Assembly (NCBI GenBank): GCA_035537595.1
Contig: DATLLX010000016.1
Span: 1-52,198 of the forward strand
DNA length: 52,198 bases
DNA from: Gaiellales bacterium
GTDB taxonomy: Bacteria; Actinomycetota; Thermoleophilia; Gaiellales; JAICJC01
Direction: 5' to 3'
The notes under the pieces were generated by a model. The model searched no databases and had not been told where the DNA came from. It was given only the letters and a program-made list of their open reading frames with translations. The position numbers and the translations under genes are program-made. Below, piece by piece: positions 7,752 through 16,818 of this stretch (positions are counted from its first letter, which is position 1; each line of letters starts with the position of its first letter).

Positions 7752-8149
7752 CGCCCCACCCCCTCTGTCCGCGCAATCTTGCCGAGTATCCCATTCACCA
7801 GCACCGCGGCCTCCGGCGAGGCGTAGCGCTTGGCCAGCGACACGGCCTCGTCGATCGCGACCGCCGCCGGCACCTCGCCGCGGAGCATCTCATGGACGCC
7901 CAGGCGGAGGATGTTCCGCTCCAGCACCGCCATCCGCTCCGTGCTCCAGCCCTCGGCCGCGGCGTCGATCGCCTGGTCGAGCTGCTCGCGGTTCTCCCAG
8001 GCACCCTCGGCCTCGCCACGGGTGAAGGCCGTCACCTGCTCGCCGTTGTCTCGCTGGTAGGCGTCGTAGAGCTCCTCGAACCGGCCGCCGAGCAGGTCGC
8101 GCTGGTAGAGGATGAAGGCCGCGGCGCGGCGCTCGCTTCGCCGGCTCAC
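7748..8149 (-). CDS. nusB: Transcription antitermination factor NusB
   Basis: RSERRAAAFILYQRDL...ERMAVLERNILRLGVHEM...VAIDEAVSLAKRY...VNGILGKI. GTG 8147-8149 overlaps the asp23 stop (GTGA). The longer 254-aa track ORF is an upstream extension across asp23. Confidence 0.9.
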   Translation of the reverse strand: MSRRSERRAAAFILYQRDLLGGRFEELYDAYQRDNGEQVTAFTRGEAEGAWENREQLDQAIDAAAEGWSTERMAVLERNILRLGVHEMLRGEVPAAVAIDEAVSLAKRYASPEAAVLVNGILGKIARTEGVGR

Positions 8150-8466
8150 GCGTCCAGCCCCGTCACGGTGACGTCGACCGCCCCCACCCGCAGCCCGGTC
8201 ATCGAGCCGACGTCGGCGGCCACCTGCTCGCGCACCCGGCGGGCGATGTCGGGAAGCACCGAGCCGTAGGCCACGGCCACGTCCAGGTCGAGCAGCAGCG
8301 CACCGTGCTCCAGCCGCCACTCCACGGCATCGCCGCGGCCCGGCAGCACGCGGGCGATCCGGCCCGGGCGATCGAGGCGGGCGCCCTCGATCGACGACAC
8401 CGCGCCCCGCACCATCGACACCACGGCCTCGTCGGACACCAGCGCGCCGGGCAGCCGCAGGCTCAT
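8146..8466 (-). CDS. Asp23/Gls24-family envelope stress protein
   Basis: The sequence has LVSDEAVVSMVRGAVSSIEG...DLDVAVAYGSVLPDIARRVREQVAADVGSMTGLRVGAVDVTV. It holds the conserved position between accC and nusB. Confidence 0.85.
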   Translation of the reverse strand: MSLRLPGALVSDEAVVSMVRGAVSSIEGARLDRPGRIARVLPGRGDAVEWRLEHGALLLDLDVAVAYGSVLPDIARRVREQVAADVGSMTGLRVGAVDVTVTGLDA

Positions 8467-9836
8467 GCCGGCACCGGCTGGGAGGCCAGCGAAGGCAGCC
8501 GCTCACGGGCATGGTCGAGATACGCCGTGGTCGTCCTGCCGGCCTGGAAGTCGGGCTCCTCGAGGATCTCCAGGAACAGCTCGCGGGTGGTGGCCACGCC
8601 CTCGATCTCGAGCTCGGACAGCGCTCGCCGGCTGCGGGCCAGGGCCTGCCGGCGATCCTCGCCGTGGACGATCAGCTTGGCCAGCATCGAGTCGTAGAAC
8701 GGCGGCACCCGGTAGCCCTCGTAGGCATGGGTGTCGAAGCGCACGCCCGGCCCCAGCGGCGGCCGCAGCCGGGTGACCGTCCCGGCAGCCGGCAGGAAGC
8801 CGCGGCGCGGGTCCTCGCAGTTGAGCCGGAACTCGATCGCGTGACCGCGAAGCGGCGCCAGGCCGACGGCGGGAAGCGCCGCCCCGCCGGCTATCAGCAG
8901 CTGCTGGCAGGCGATGTCGACGCCGGTCAGCAGCTCCGAGACCGGATGCTCGACCTGGAGCCGGGTGTTCATCTCGATGAACGAGAACCCGCCGTCGGCG
9001 TCGACCAGAAACTCCACGGTGCCCGCGTTCACGTAGCCGCAGGCATGGCACGCCCGGGTCGCGGCCCCGGCCATCGCCTCCCTGGTGGCCGCGTCCAGCG
9101 CGGGCGACGGCCCCTCCTCGATCAGCTTCTGGTGGCGGCGCTGGATCGAGCAGTCGCGCTCTCCCAGCACGAGCACCGCGCCGGCGGCGTCGGCGAGCAC
9201 CTGCATCTCGACATGGCGCGGCTCGATGATCGCCTTCTCCAGGTACATGCCGCCGTCGCCGAAGGCCGACAGGGCCTCGGCGGACGCCGTCCGGTAGGCC
9301 TCCTCGAGCTCGCCCGGGTCGGTGACCAGCCGCATCCCACGGCCGCCCCCGCCGGCGGCGGCCTTCAGCAGCACCGGGTATCCGACCTCGTCCGCCAGCG
9401 AGCGGGCGGCGGCCGCGCCGTCCAGCCGGTCGGTGCTGCCGGGTACCAGCGGCACGCCGGCGTCGCGCATCGTCCGCTTGGCCATGCTCTTGTCGCCCAT
9501 CAGCTCGATCGCCTCCGGGCCGGGACCGACGAACACTAGGTCGTTGTCCTGGCAGGCGCGCACGAAGGCGGCGTTCTCGGCAAGGAAGCCCCATCCCGGG
9601 TGCACGGCGTCGCATCCGGTCGTCTCGGCGGCGCCGATCAGGTTGCGGACGTTCAGGTAGCTGTCCGCCGCCAGGTGCGGCCCGACGCACACCGCGCGGT
9701 CCGCCAGCTGCACCCACAGGCCGTCCCTGTCGGCAGTCGAGTAGACGGCCACGGCCTCGATGCCCAGGTCGTGGCAGGCCCGGACGAGGCGCACTGCGGC
9801 CTCCCCCCGGTTTGCGATCAGGACGCGCTCGAGCAT
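8463..9836 (-). CDS. accC: Biotin carboxylase (acetyl-CoA carboxylase subunit AccC type)
   Basis: MLERVLIANRGEAAVRLVRACHDLGIEAVAVYS, KAAAGGGGRGMRLV and IEMNTRLQVEHPVSE. Confidence 0.95.
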   Translation of the reverse strand: MLERVLIANRGEAAVRLVRACHDLGIEAVAVYSTADRDGLWVQLADRAVCVGPHLAADSYLNVRNLIGAAETTGCDAVHPGWGFLAENAAFVRACQDNDLVFVGPGPEAIELMGDKSMAKRTMRDAGVPLVPGSTDRLDGAAAARSLADEVGYPVLLKAAAGGGGRGMRLVTDPGELEEAYRTASAEALSAFGDGGMYLEKAIIEPRHVEMQVLADAAGAVLVLGERDCSIQRRHQKLIEEGPSPALDAATREAMAGAATRACHACGYVNAGTVEFLVDADGGFSFIEMNTRLQVEHPVSELLTGVDIACQQLLIAGGAALPAVGLAPLRGHAIEFRLNCEDPRRGFLPAAGTVTRLRPPLGPGVRFDTHAYEGYRVPPFYDSMLAKLIVHGEDRRQALARSRRALSELEIEGVATTRELFLEILEEPDFQAGRTTTAYLDHARERLPSLASQPVPA

Positions 9837-9846
9837 CGGCCCGGCG

Positions 9847-11616
9847 TCAGGCCGGTTCCAGCTCGAAGAGCGGCTGGCCGAACTCGACCGGCTCGCCGTT
9901 CTTCACCAGCACCGCCCGGATCACCCCGCCCTGCTCCGCCTTGAGCTCGTTGAACAGTTTCATCGCCTCGAGGATGCACAGCGTCTGGCCGCTCTCCACC
10001 CGGTCGCCCTCGTTGACGAACGGCTCGGCGTTGGGCGTCGGCGAGCGGTAGAACGTGCCCACCATCGGCGACTCCACCTTGACCAGGGTGGAGACCGTGG
10101 CGGCCGGCCCGTGCTCTCCGCCGCCATCCACACCTGCCGGCGCCGCCGCCGCCGCGGGAGCCAGCGGCCGGTCGTCCTGCTTGCGGACGGTGATCTTGAC
10201 TCCCTGATCCTCGATCGTCACCTCACCGACGTCCGAGGTCTCGACCAGGTCGATCAGCTCGCGGATCCGGGCCGCCTCCGACCGGTCGAGATGGTCTCCC
10301 ACCAGATCCTCACGGTCACCGCGGCTTCGCAGCGTGGCCAGGAGCCGGTTGGCGTCGTCGCCGAACAGGGCGACCAGCAGCAGGTCCTCCTCGCTGGAGG
10401 CGTTGCTCTCGGCGCGCAGCTCGTCGATGTCGGGCTGCTCGTGCGGCGGCGGCACCGTGGTGGCGTGCTTGGCCGGCTCGTCGGCGATCGGCTGCGGCGG
10501 GGTGCCGTAGGCCCCGGACAGGTACAGCGACATGTCCTCCGATACCTCGGCCCAGCGCCGGGCCGACAGCACGTGGCGGACCGCCTGGCCGGCGAGCACC
10601 CCGCCCACCGGCTGGGCCAGCGGCGGCATGCCGCAGTCCATCCGCACCCGCTTGAACTCCTCCAGCACCTCGTCGAGCCGATCGGGTGCGCCCAGCACGC
10701 GGAGCCGGGCGTCGAGATCGGCGACCAGCCCCACCGGCACCCGGTTGAGCGCGGTGCGAAGCGTGATCCGGGGCGGGATCGGCAATGCCGGCATCTGCGA
10801 GGTGACGTGCTCGTCGATGAAGCGCGAGGCCTCCCACACCCGGTCCTGGTCGACGCCGTGCTCGAGGCCGAGGCCGGACAGCGCGTCGCACAGCACCTCG
10901 GCCGACACTCGGTGCAGCGACCAGGCCACCGGGTAGGCGGCGGCGGCGATCGGCTCGGCGCCGTGCCGGGCCGACTCGATGGCCATCGCCAGAGCGTTGC
11001 CGCCCGTGCCCTGGCAGTAGAGGCCGACCGGGATCCCGGCCGCCTCCCGCAGCTCCCCGATCACGCGGTCGCAGGTGCCCGGGTCGAGCGCGCCCGCGGG
11101 ATCGTTCAGGATCAGGTGGTCGGCGCCCATGTCCGCCAGCCGGCGGGCCTTCTCGACCACCCGCGGCAGGTTCGGCATGTAGCCCGAGAAGGCCAGCCCG
11201 GCATACAGCCGGCAGCCGGCCTCGCGCACCGCCGCCGCCGCCGAGGCGATGTTCTCGACGTCGTTCAGCGGGTCGTGCAGGCGGAAGATGTCGATGCCGC
11301 TCTCTGCGGCCACCAGGATGAAGCGCCGGACCAGGTCGTCCGACAGCGGCTGCGCGCCGACCAGGAACCGGCCGCGCACGGCCATCTGCAGCGGCGTTCG
11401 CGAGCACCGCGACTTCAGCGCGCGCACCCGTTCCCACGGGCTCTCAACGCCTCGCTGGACGGCAGCCTCGAAGCAGCCGCCACCGGTCACCTCGAGCGAC
11501 GCGAAGCCGGCGGTGTCCAGGATCTCGGCCACCTCCAGCAGCCGGGAGGTCGAGATCGTCGTGACCAGGGGCTGCTGTGAGAGCAGGCGGATCGTCGTGT
11601 CGACGATGCGGGTCAC
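9847..11616 (-). CDS. accB: Fusion protein: degenerate OadA/PycB (5S transcarboxylase)-like carboxyltransferase domain (about aa 1-430) + complete biotin carboxyl carrier protein AccB (last about 144 aa)
   Basis: The CT-like part has TPLQMAVRGRFLVG, IFRLHDPLND and RLDEVLEEFKRVRMDCGMPPLAQPVGGVLAGQAV. The AccB part has IRELIDLVETSDVGEVTIEDQGVKITVRK, an Ala/Pro linker, PMVGTFYRSPTPNAEPF and LCILEAMKLFNELKAE. The GTG start overlaps the efp stop (GTGA). Confidence 0.85.
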   Translation of the reverse strand: MTRIVDTTIRLLSQQPLVTTISTSRLLEVAEILDTAGFASLEVTGGGCFEAAVQRGVESPWERVRALKSRCSRTPLQMAVRGRFLVGAQPLSDDLVRRFILVAAESGIDIFRLHDPLNDVENIASAAAAVREAGCRLYAGLAFSGYMPNLPRVVEKARRLADMGADHLILNDPAGALDPGTCDRVIGELREAAGIPVGLYCQGTGGNALAMAIESARHGAEPIAAAAYPVAWSLHRVSAEVLCDALSGLGLEHGVDQDRVWEASRFIDEHVTSQMPALPIPPRITLRTALNRVPVGLVADLDARLRVLGAPDRLDEVLEEFKRVRMDCGMPPLAQPVGGVLAGQAVRHVLSARRWAEVSEDMSLYLSGAYGTPPQPIADEPAKHATTVPPPHEQPDIDELRAESNASSEEDLLLVALFGDDANRLLATLRSRGDREDLVGDHLDRSEAARIRELIDLVETSDVGEVTIEDQGVKITVRKQDDRPLAPAAAAAPAGVDGGGEHGPAATVSTLVKVESPMVGTFYRSPTPNAEPFVNEGDRVESGQTLCILEAMKLFNELKAEQGGVIRAVLVKNGEPVEFGQPLFELEPA

Positions 11617-12179
11617 GCGCGTGAGATGTAGCGGGCCTCGCGGGTGTCGACCCGGACGGTGTCGCCGACGTTGACGAACAGGGGCACCTGCACCACCGCG
11701 CCGGTCTCCAGCGTCGCCGGCTTGGTCACGTTCGAGACCGTGTCGCCCTTCACTCCCGGCTCGGTGTCGCTGACAGCGAGGTCGACCGAGGCCGGCAGCT
11801 GCAGAGCCGAGGGCCGGCCGTCGACCAGCAGCAGCTGCACGGTGTCGTTCTCGCGCATGAACCGCAGGTCCTCCGCCAGGGTATCGGCGGGCAGCGCGAT
11901 CTGGTCGAACGACTCGGCATCCATCAGGTGGACGTCGCTGCCGTCGTTGTAGAGGTAGGTGACGTTCTTCACCTCGGTGCGGATACGCGGCATCTTCTCG
12001 CCGGCCCGGAATGTCTTGTCGACCACCCCGCCGCTCTCAAGCGCCTTCAGCTTCGTGCGTACGAACGCGCCCCCCTTGCCGGGCTTCACGTGCTGGAACT
12101 CGACGATCCGGTACACCTTGCCGTCGACCTGCACGTGCATGCCGTTCTTGAACTCGTTCGTGGAAACCGTCTCTGCCAT
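11613..12179 (-). CDS. efp: Elongation factor P
   Basis: MAETVSTNEFKNGMHVQVDGKVYRIVEFQHVKPGKGGAFVRTKLK, 188 aa. Confidence 0.95.
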   Translation of the reverse strand: MAETVSTNEFKNGMHVQVDGKVYRIVEFQHVKPGKGGAFVRTKLKALESGGVVDKTFRAGEKMPRIRTEVKNVTYLYNDGSDVHLMDAESFDQIALPADTLAEDLRFMRENDTVQLLLVDGRPSALQLPASVDLAVSDTEPGVKGDTVSNVTKPATLETGAVVQVPLFVNVGDTVRVDTREARYISRA

Positions 12180-12197
12180 CTGCTCGCTTCGCCCGTC

Positions 12198-13280
12198 CTA
12201 GCCGGTGGTGATGAGGTCTTTAGGGTAGCCCGTGAGACGTTCGGCGCCGTCAGCCGTGACGACGACCAGATCCTCGATCCGCACGCCGCCGACGCCGGGC
12301 AGGTAGATGCCGGGCTCCACTGTGACGACCATGCCCGGCTCGAGAGTTGCGTCGCTGGTGCGGTTGAGGCGCGGCGCCTCGTGGATGTCGAGGCCGACAC
12401 CGTGCCCGGTGCCGTGCTGGAAGTGCTCGCCGTGCCCGGCCTCCTCGATCAGGTCGCGGACGATCGCGTCGACCTGCTGGCCGGTGGCGCCGGGGCGGAC
12501 GGCGTCGAGGCCGGCCTGCTGTGCGGCCTGCACGATCCGGTAGGCCTCGGCCAGCGCGTCGGGGATGTCGCCGGTGGCGAAAGTGCGGGTGCAATCCGAG
12601 CAGTAGCCGTCGACCATGCCGCCGAGGTCGATCGTGACCAGGGTGTCGCGGGGGATCGCAACGTCCTCGGGCTCGGCGTGCGGCAGCGCGCCCCGCTCGC
12701 CGGAGGCGACGATGGCGGAGAACGAGGGGCCGTCGGCACCCACGTCGTGCAGCAGCTCGATGATCTGCCAGGCCACGTCGCGTTCGGTGCGGCCACCCAG
12801 CCCGCGGCCCGCCAGCCCCGCGTAGACCGGCTCCAGCAATGCGGCCGCCCGGCGGATGACGGCCAGCTCGTCGTCGTCCTTGACCACCCGCAGCCGCTCG
12901 ACCGCCCCGCTCATCGAGGTCAGCCCGGGGCCGTCCAGCTCTCGGGCCAGCGCCTGGTGGCGGTCGTGCGACAGGTGGTCGCCCTCGAAGCCGGCCGTGG
13001 CGCCGGTGGCAAGCATCGAGCCCAGCTGCTCGGCGGCCGGCGCCAGGATCTCCTGGTTGACCTGCTTCACCTCGATGAACTCGGCCAGCGGCCGCACCCG
13101 CTCGAGGTAGCGGAAGTCGGTCAGGAACACGGCGTCGCCGGGGCGCACGATCACCATCGCGTTCGACCCCGAGAACCCGGTCAGGTACCGGATGTTGGTC
13201 GGGTTCGACACCAGCATCGCGCCGACGCCCCGCCGCTCGATCTCGTCTCCCAGCCGCCGCAGCCGCTCCGCATGGCTCAT
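12198..13280 (-). CDS. Xaa-Pro aminopeptidase (M24 family, PepP/PepQ-like)
   Basis: MSHAERLRRLGDEIERRGVGAMLVSNPTNIRYLTGF...HGTGHGVGLDIHE...EPGIY..G.GGVRIED. ATG 13278-13280 overlaps the aroQ stop (ATGA). The 35 upstream residues of the track ORF are an extension. Confidence 0.9.
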   Translation of the reverse strand: MSHAERLRRLGDEIERRGVGAMLVSNPTNIRYLTGFSGSNAMVIVRPGDAVFLTDFRYLERVRPLAEFIEVKQVNQEILAPAAEQLGSMLATGATAGFEGDHLSHDRHQALARELDGPGLTSMSGAVERLRVVKDDDELAVIRRAAALLEPVYAGLAGRGLGGRTERDVAWQIIELLHDVGADGPSFSAIVASGERGALPHAEPEDVAIPRDTLVTIDLGGMVDGYCSDCTRTFATGDIPDALAEAYRIVQAAQQAGLDAVRPGATGQQVDAIVRDLIEEAGHGEHFQHGTGHGVGLDIHEAPRLNRTSDATLEPGMVVTVEPGIYLPGVGGVRIEDLVVVTADGAERLTGYPKDLITTG

Positions 13281-13708
13281 CCCGCGCGCTCCTTCAGATA
13301 TTCGAGGGCCTGGCGGTAGCCGTCGGCGCCCTGCCCGCTGATGCGATGGGTGACGACGTCGGACACCACCGATGACCGGCGCCACTCCTCCCGCTGCTCG
13401 ATCGCCGACAGGTGCACCTCCACGACCGGGCCGGAGAAGATCTCCAGCGCGTCGCGGACGGCGTAGCTGTAGTGCGTCCAGGCGCCCGGATTGACCACCA
13501 GACCGTCGGCGGAGTCACAGGCGTCGTGGATCAGCTCCACGTACGCGCCCTCGTGGTTGGTCGAGAAGCAGCGTGCGTTCAGGGTCAGGTCGCTGGCCCA
13601 GCTGTAGATCTGGGTCTCGAGCTGGGACAGCGTCAGGCTGCCGTACTGCTCGGGATCGCGACGGCCGAGCATGTTCAGGTTGACGCCGTTCAGCACCGAG
13701 ATCTGCAT
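13277..13708 (-). CDS. aroQ: Type II 3-dehydroquinate dehydratase
   Basis: MQISVLNGVNLNMLGRRDPEQYGS...STNHEGAYVELIHD...VVNPGAWTHYSYAVRDAL. Confidence 0.95.
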   Translation of the reverse strand: MQISVLNGVNLNMLGRRDPEQYGSLTLSQLETQIYSWASDLTLNARCFSTNHEGAYVELIHDACDSADGLVVNPGAWTHYSYAVRDALEIFSGPVVEVHLSAIEQREEWRRSSVVSDVVTHRISGQGADGYRQALEYLKERAG

Positions 13709-13753
13709 GAGGCGTGAGCGTAGTGGATGCGGCCGGTGCAGATCGATACACGC

Positions 13754-13772
13754 CTGTCACGGATCGTGACAG
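13754..13772. promoter_or_regulatory. 7-bp perfect inverted repeat (CTGTCAC-N5-GTGACAG) in the divergent aroQ / lipoprotein intergenic region; candidate operator
   Basis: CTGTCAC (13754-13760), GGATC, GTGACAG (13766-13772). It lies 55 nt upstream of ATG 13827, which has a GGAGGAGG RBS at 13814-13821. Confidence 0.3.
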
Positions 13773-13826
13773 ACAGGTGGCGGCCTGCGCCCGCAGGATG
13801 GCGTCTCAACCCTGGAGGAGGAATCC

Positions 13827-14627
13827 ATGAGACGAATGCTGTACGCGGCGCTGGTCGCCGCCTGCGCTCTGGCCGGATGCGGCATGCCGGCGGCCGCCCC
13901 GGCGGCGGCCGCCACCACCACCAGCTACCGGGTGTGGTTCCAGCGCTCCGGCGACCTGTGGCTGAGCTCGCGGTCGCAGGCATACACCACCGCACCCGCC
14001 TCGGCATCGATCCGGGCGATGCTGGCCAGGCCGGGAGCCGCAGAGGCCGCCGCCGGCGTCTCGAGCGCCGTCCCTGCCGGCACCGGGCTTCGCGGCATCT
14101 CGATTCGCAGCGAGGTGGCCACGGTCGATCTGACCGCCGCCTTCGCACAGCGCGGCACCTGGCGGTCGATCCGGATGCGGATGGCACAGGTCACGTTCAC
14201 GGCCACCCAGTTCACCGGCATCCGCTCGGTGCGGCTCAAGGTCGGCGGCCGCTACGTGAGCAGGATCGGGGAGGTGCCGGTGCCCTCGCCGATGACACGT
14301 GGCGACTTCGCCGGGCTGCTGCCGGCGATCACCCTCGGGTCGCCGGCGATCGGCGATCACCTTCCGGGACTGGCAAGGGTCAACGGCAACGCCGACGTGC
14401 CCGGCGGCCACCTGTCGGCACGGGTTGTCAACGGACGCGGCGTCGTGATCGCCAGCTGGAGGGGCAGGGCGACGTGCAGCGGCGGCTGCCGGGGCGGCTT
14501 CTGGGCGGCGCTGCCGTTCACGGTCGGCCGGTCACAGGTGGGCGCCGTGATCGTGCAGAGCGCCGACACCGACGGCGATGGCCTGCCCCAGCACCAGGTG
14601 CGGGTTCCGGTCGTGCTCGACCCCTGA
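13827..14627 (+). CDS. Lipoprotein with GerMN-like and Gmad2-like (Ig-like) domains; paralog of 16815..17723
   Basis: The lipobox is LVAACALAGC. The sequence aligns along its whole length with the downstream paralog: WF.R...LW, AAGV.S.VPAGT, ATVDL, MR.AQ..T.TQF...VRLK, FA.LLP.I...SP.IG, C..GCRG, P.HQV..P..L.P. Confidence 0.8.
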   Translation: MRRMLYAALVAACALAGCGMPAAAPAAAATTTSYRVWFQRSGDLWLSSRSQAYTTAPASASIRAMLARPGAAEAAAGVSSAVPAGTGLRGISIRSEVATVDLTAAFAQRGTWRSIRMRMAQVTFTATQFTGIRSVRLKVGGRYVSRIGEVPVPSPMTRGDFAGLLPAITLGSPAIGDHLPGLARVNGNADVPGGHLSARVVNGRGVVIASWRGRATCSGGCRGGFWAALPFTVGRSQVGAVIVQSADTDGDGLPQHQVRVPVVLDP

Positions 14628-14707
14628 CGGCACCGGCGGGCCGCGGGGGCGGGCTGCTCCGTTCCCGCGGCCCAGCGGCGGCCGTCTGTACTGTCTGGAA
14701 GGTGAAC

Positions 14708-15385
14708 GTGCGCATCCTGCTGGTGGAGGACGATCGCTCGATCCGCGAGGTGGTGGAGCTCGGCCTCCAGCGGGCGGGCTTCGCCGTCACCCCGGTCGGC
14801 GACGGCCGAGAGGCGCTCGACCGCTTCCGCGCCGGCGGCCACGCGGCCATCGTGCTGGACGTCATGCTGCCGTCCCTCGACGGCCTGGAGGTCTGCCGCG
14901 AGATCCGCCGCACCAGCCAGGTCCCGATCATCATGCTGACCGCCAGGGCGGAGACGCCCGACATCGTGGCCGGCCTCGAGCTGGGGGCCGACGATTACGT
15001 CACCAAGCCGTTCGAGGTGCCTGAGCTGGTGGCGCGGCTGCGCTCGGTGCTGCGGCGGACGGCCGGCGCCGGCGCCCAGGGGCCGCTGCGCGCGGGCGAC
15101 CTGGAGATCGACGAGGAGGGGTTCGAGGCGCGCCGGGCCGGCCGGCGACTGGCGCTGACCGCAACCGAGTTCCGGCTGCTGGCCGAGCTGGCCCGCCGCC
15201 CCGGCCGTGTGTTCTCGCGCGACCTGCTGCTGGAGAACGTCTGGGGCTACGGGTACCTGGGCGACTCCCGGCTGGTCGACGTTGCCGTCCAGCGGCTGCG
15301 GGCCAAGGTCGAGGCCGACCCCGCCCACCCCTCGCTGATCGTCACGGTGAGGGGAGTCGGCTACCGGCTGCAGGAGCCGTCGTGA
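14708..15385 (+). CDS. OmpR-family response regulator (MtrA-like)
   Basis: RILLVEDDRSIREVVELGL...IVLDVMLPSLDGLEVC...ADDYVTKPF...LTATEFRLLAELA...VRGVGYRL. GGAAGG (14697-14702) lies 5 nt before GTG 14708, and GTG 14702 is an alternative start. The rest of the 552-aa track ORF is not coding. Confidence 0.9.
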   Translation: MRILLVEDDRSIREVVELGLQRAGFAVTPVGDGREALDRFRAGGHAAIVLDVMLPSLDGLEVCREIRRTSQVPIIMLTARAETPDIVAGLELGADDYVTKPFEVPELVARLRSVLRRTAGAGAQGPLRAGDLEIDEEGFEARRAGRRLALTATEFRLLAELARRPGRVFSRDLLLENVWGYGYLGDSRLVDVAVQRLRAKVEADPAHPSLIVTVRGVGYRLQEPS

Positions 15386-16818
15386 ACGCCACGCGGCCGT
15401 CGCCGGGCAGGATGCGGCGGCGGCTGGCGATCGCCTTCGCCCTGGTCGGTGCGGTGTCGTCGGGGCTGCTGGCAGCCGGCTCCTACGCCGTCGTTCGGGA
15501 GGCGCGGATGAACGATGCGGTCGACCGCGCGGTCGTCCAGGCCGATGCCAACCTGAAGGTGGCTCGGGCCACCCTGCGCGGCGACACGGCGTCGATGAAC
15601 CGGCTGCTCGACCGGCTGCAGACGCGGCCAGGGTTCCAGACCGTGCCCGTGGTCGGCGGCCGCCAGCCGGCCGACACGCTGCCGGTGCCGGGCGACCTTC
15701 GCGACCTGGTCGGCGAGGGAAACCTGGCCTACCGGTGGACGACCGCGGACGGCACCCGGTACCTGGTGGTGGGCGCCCCCGCGCCGCGGTCCCAGCTGTA
15801 CTTCTTCTTCGACGAGCAGCAGCTGCAGGACGACCTCGACCAGCTGCTCCTGATCCTGCTCGCGGCATGGCTGGTGCTGGCCCTCGCGAGCGGGCTGGTC
15901 GGCGTCGTCCTGGCCCGCCGCATCCTCGCCCCGGTGGCCGAGGCCAGCGCTGCCGCCCGCGCATTGGCGGAGGGCCTGCTCGACACCCGGCTGCCCGGCC
16001 GCGGCGCCGACGAGTTCGGCGAGTGGGCATCGTCGTTCAACCAGATGGCGGATGCCCTGGAGGGCAAGATCGAGGCCCTCTCGATGGCCCGGGAACGCGA
16101 GCGCCGGTTCACCGCCGACGTCGCCCACGAACTGCGCACACCACTCACCGCGCTGGTCAACGAGGCGGCCATCCTCCGCGAGCACCTGGAGCAGATGCCG
16201 GCCGACGCCCAGCGGGCATCGCGGCTGCTGACCTCTGACGTCGCCCGGTTGTCGCGGCTGGTCGAGGACCTGCTCGAGATCTCCCGCCTGGACGCCGGAG
16301 CCGAGCCGTCCTCGATCGAACCGGTCGACCTGCGGCGGCTGGTCGAGGCGATCGTGGAGGCGAACGGCTGGGCGGGCGCCGTGGCCGTCGATATCGACGT
16401 CCCGCCGATCGCCTCCGACCGCCGCCGGCTGGAACGGGTGCTGGGAAACCTGATCGGAAACGCGATCACCCACGGCGGCGGGGCGGCACAGGTGGAGGCC
16501 GGCACGGCCGACGGCGGCGTGCGGCTGACCGTCTCCGACCAGGGGCCGGGCATCCCTGCCGAGCGGCTGGAGTCCGTCTTCCAGCGCTTCTCGAAGGGGG
16601 ACGCCGCCCGCGGCGGCGGCAGCGGCCTGGGGCTGGCCATCGCCCGCGAGCACGCGCGGGCGATGGGCGGGGACGTGGTCGCCACCCCCGCGCCCGGCGG
16701 CGGGGCCCGCTTCACGCTCGTGCTGCCTGTTTCAGAACCGTTACCCGCCGGTGATGGCGCTGTTGCATCGCCGGCGGACGATGGGACGGCAATCATCATC
16801 GAGGAGGGGAAGCCATGA
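15382..16818 (+). CDS. Sensor histidine kinase (MtrB-like: 2 TM, HAMP, HisKA, HATPase_c)
   Basis: FTADVAHELRTPLTAL (H-box), LGNLIGNAITHG (N-box) and DQGPGIP...GSGLGLAIA (G-boxes). The GTG start overlaps the regulator stop (GTGA). Confidence 0.9.
   Translation: MNATRPSPGRMRRRLAIAFALVGAVSSGLLAAGSYAVVREARMNDAVDRAVVQADANLKVARATLRGDTASMNRLLDRLQTRPGFQTVPVVGGRQPADTLPVPGDLRDLVGEGNLAYRWTTADGTRYLVVGAPAPRSQLYFFFDEQQLQDDLDQLLLILLAAWLVLALASGLVGVVLARRILAPVAEASAAARALAEGLLDTRLPGRGADEFGEWASSFNQMADALEGKIEALSMARERERRFTADVAHELRTPLTALVNEAAILREHLEQMPADAQRASRLLTSDVARLSRLVEDLLEISRLDAGAEPSSIEPVDLRRLVEAIVEANGWAGAVAVDIDVPPIASDRRRLERVLGNLIGNAITHGGGAAQVEAGTADGGVRLTVSDQGPGIPAERLESVFQRFSKGDAARGGGSGLGLAIAREHARAMGGDVVATPAPGGGARFTLVLPVSEPLPAGDGAVASPADDGTAIIIEEGKP

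Noticed and set aside
13727-14701. The first 325 aa of the 552-aa ORF 13727..15385, considered as part of a large response-regulator fusion.
   Set aside because: This stretch overlaps the GerMN lipoprotein gene in another frame and is Arg/Gly-rich junk. Receiver-domain homology begins only at about 14702-14708, next to an RBS.
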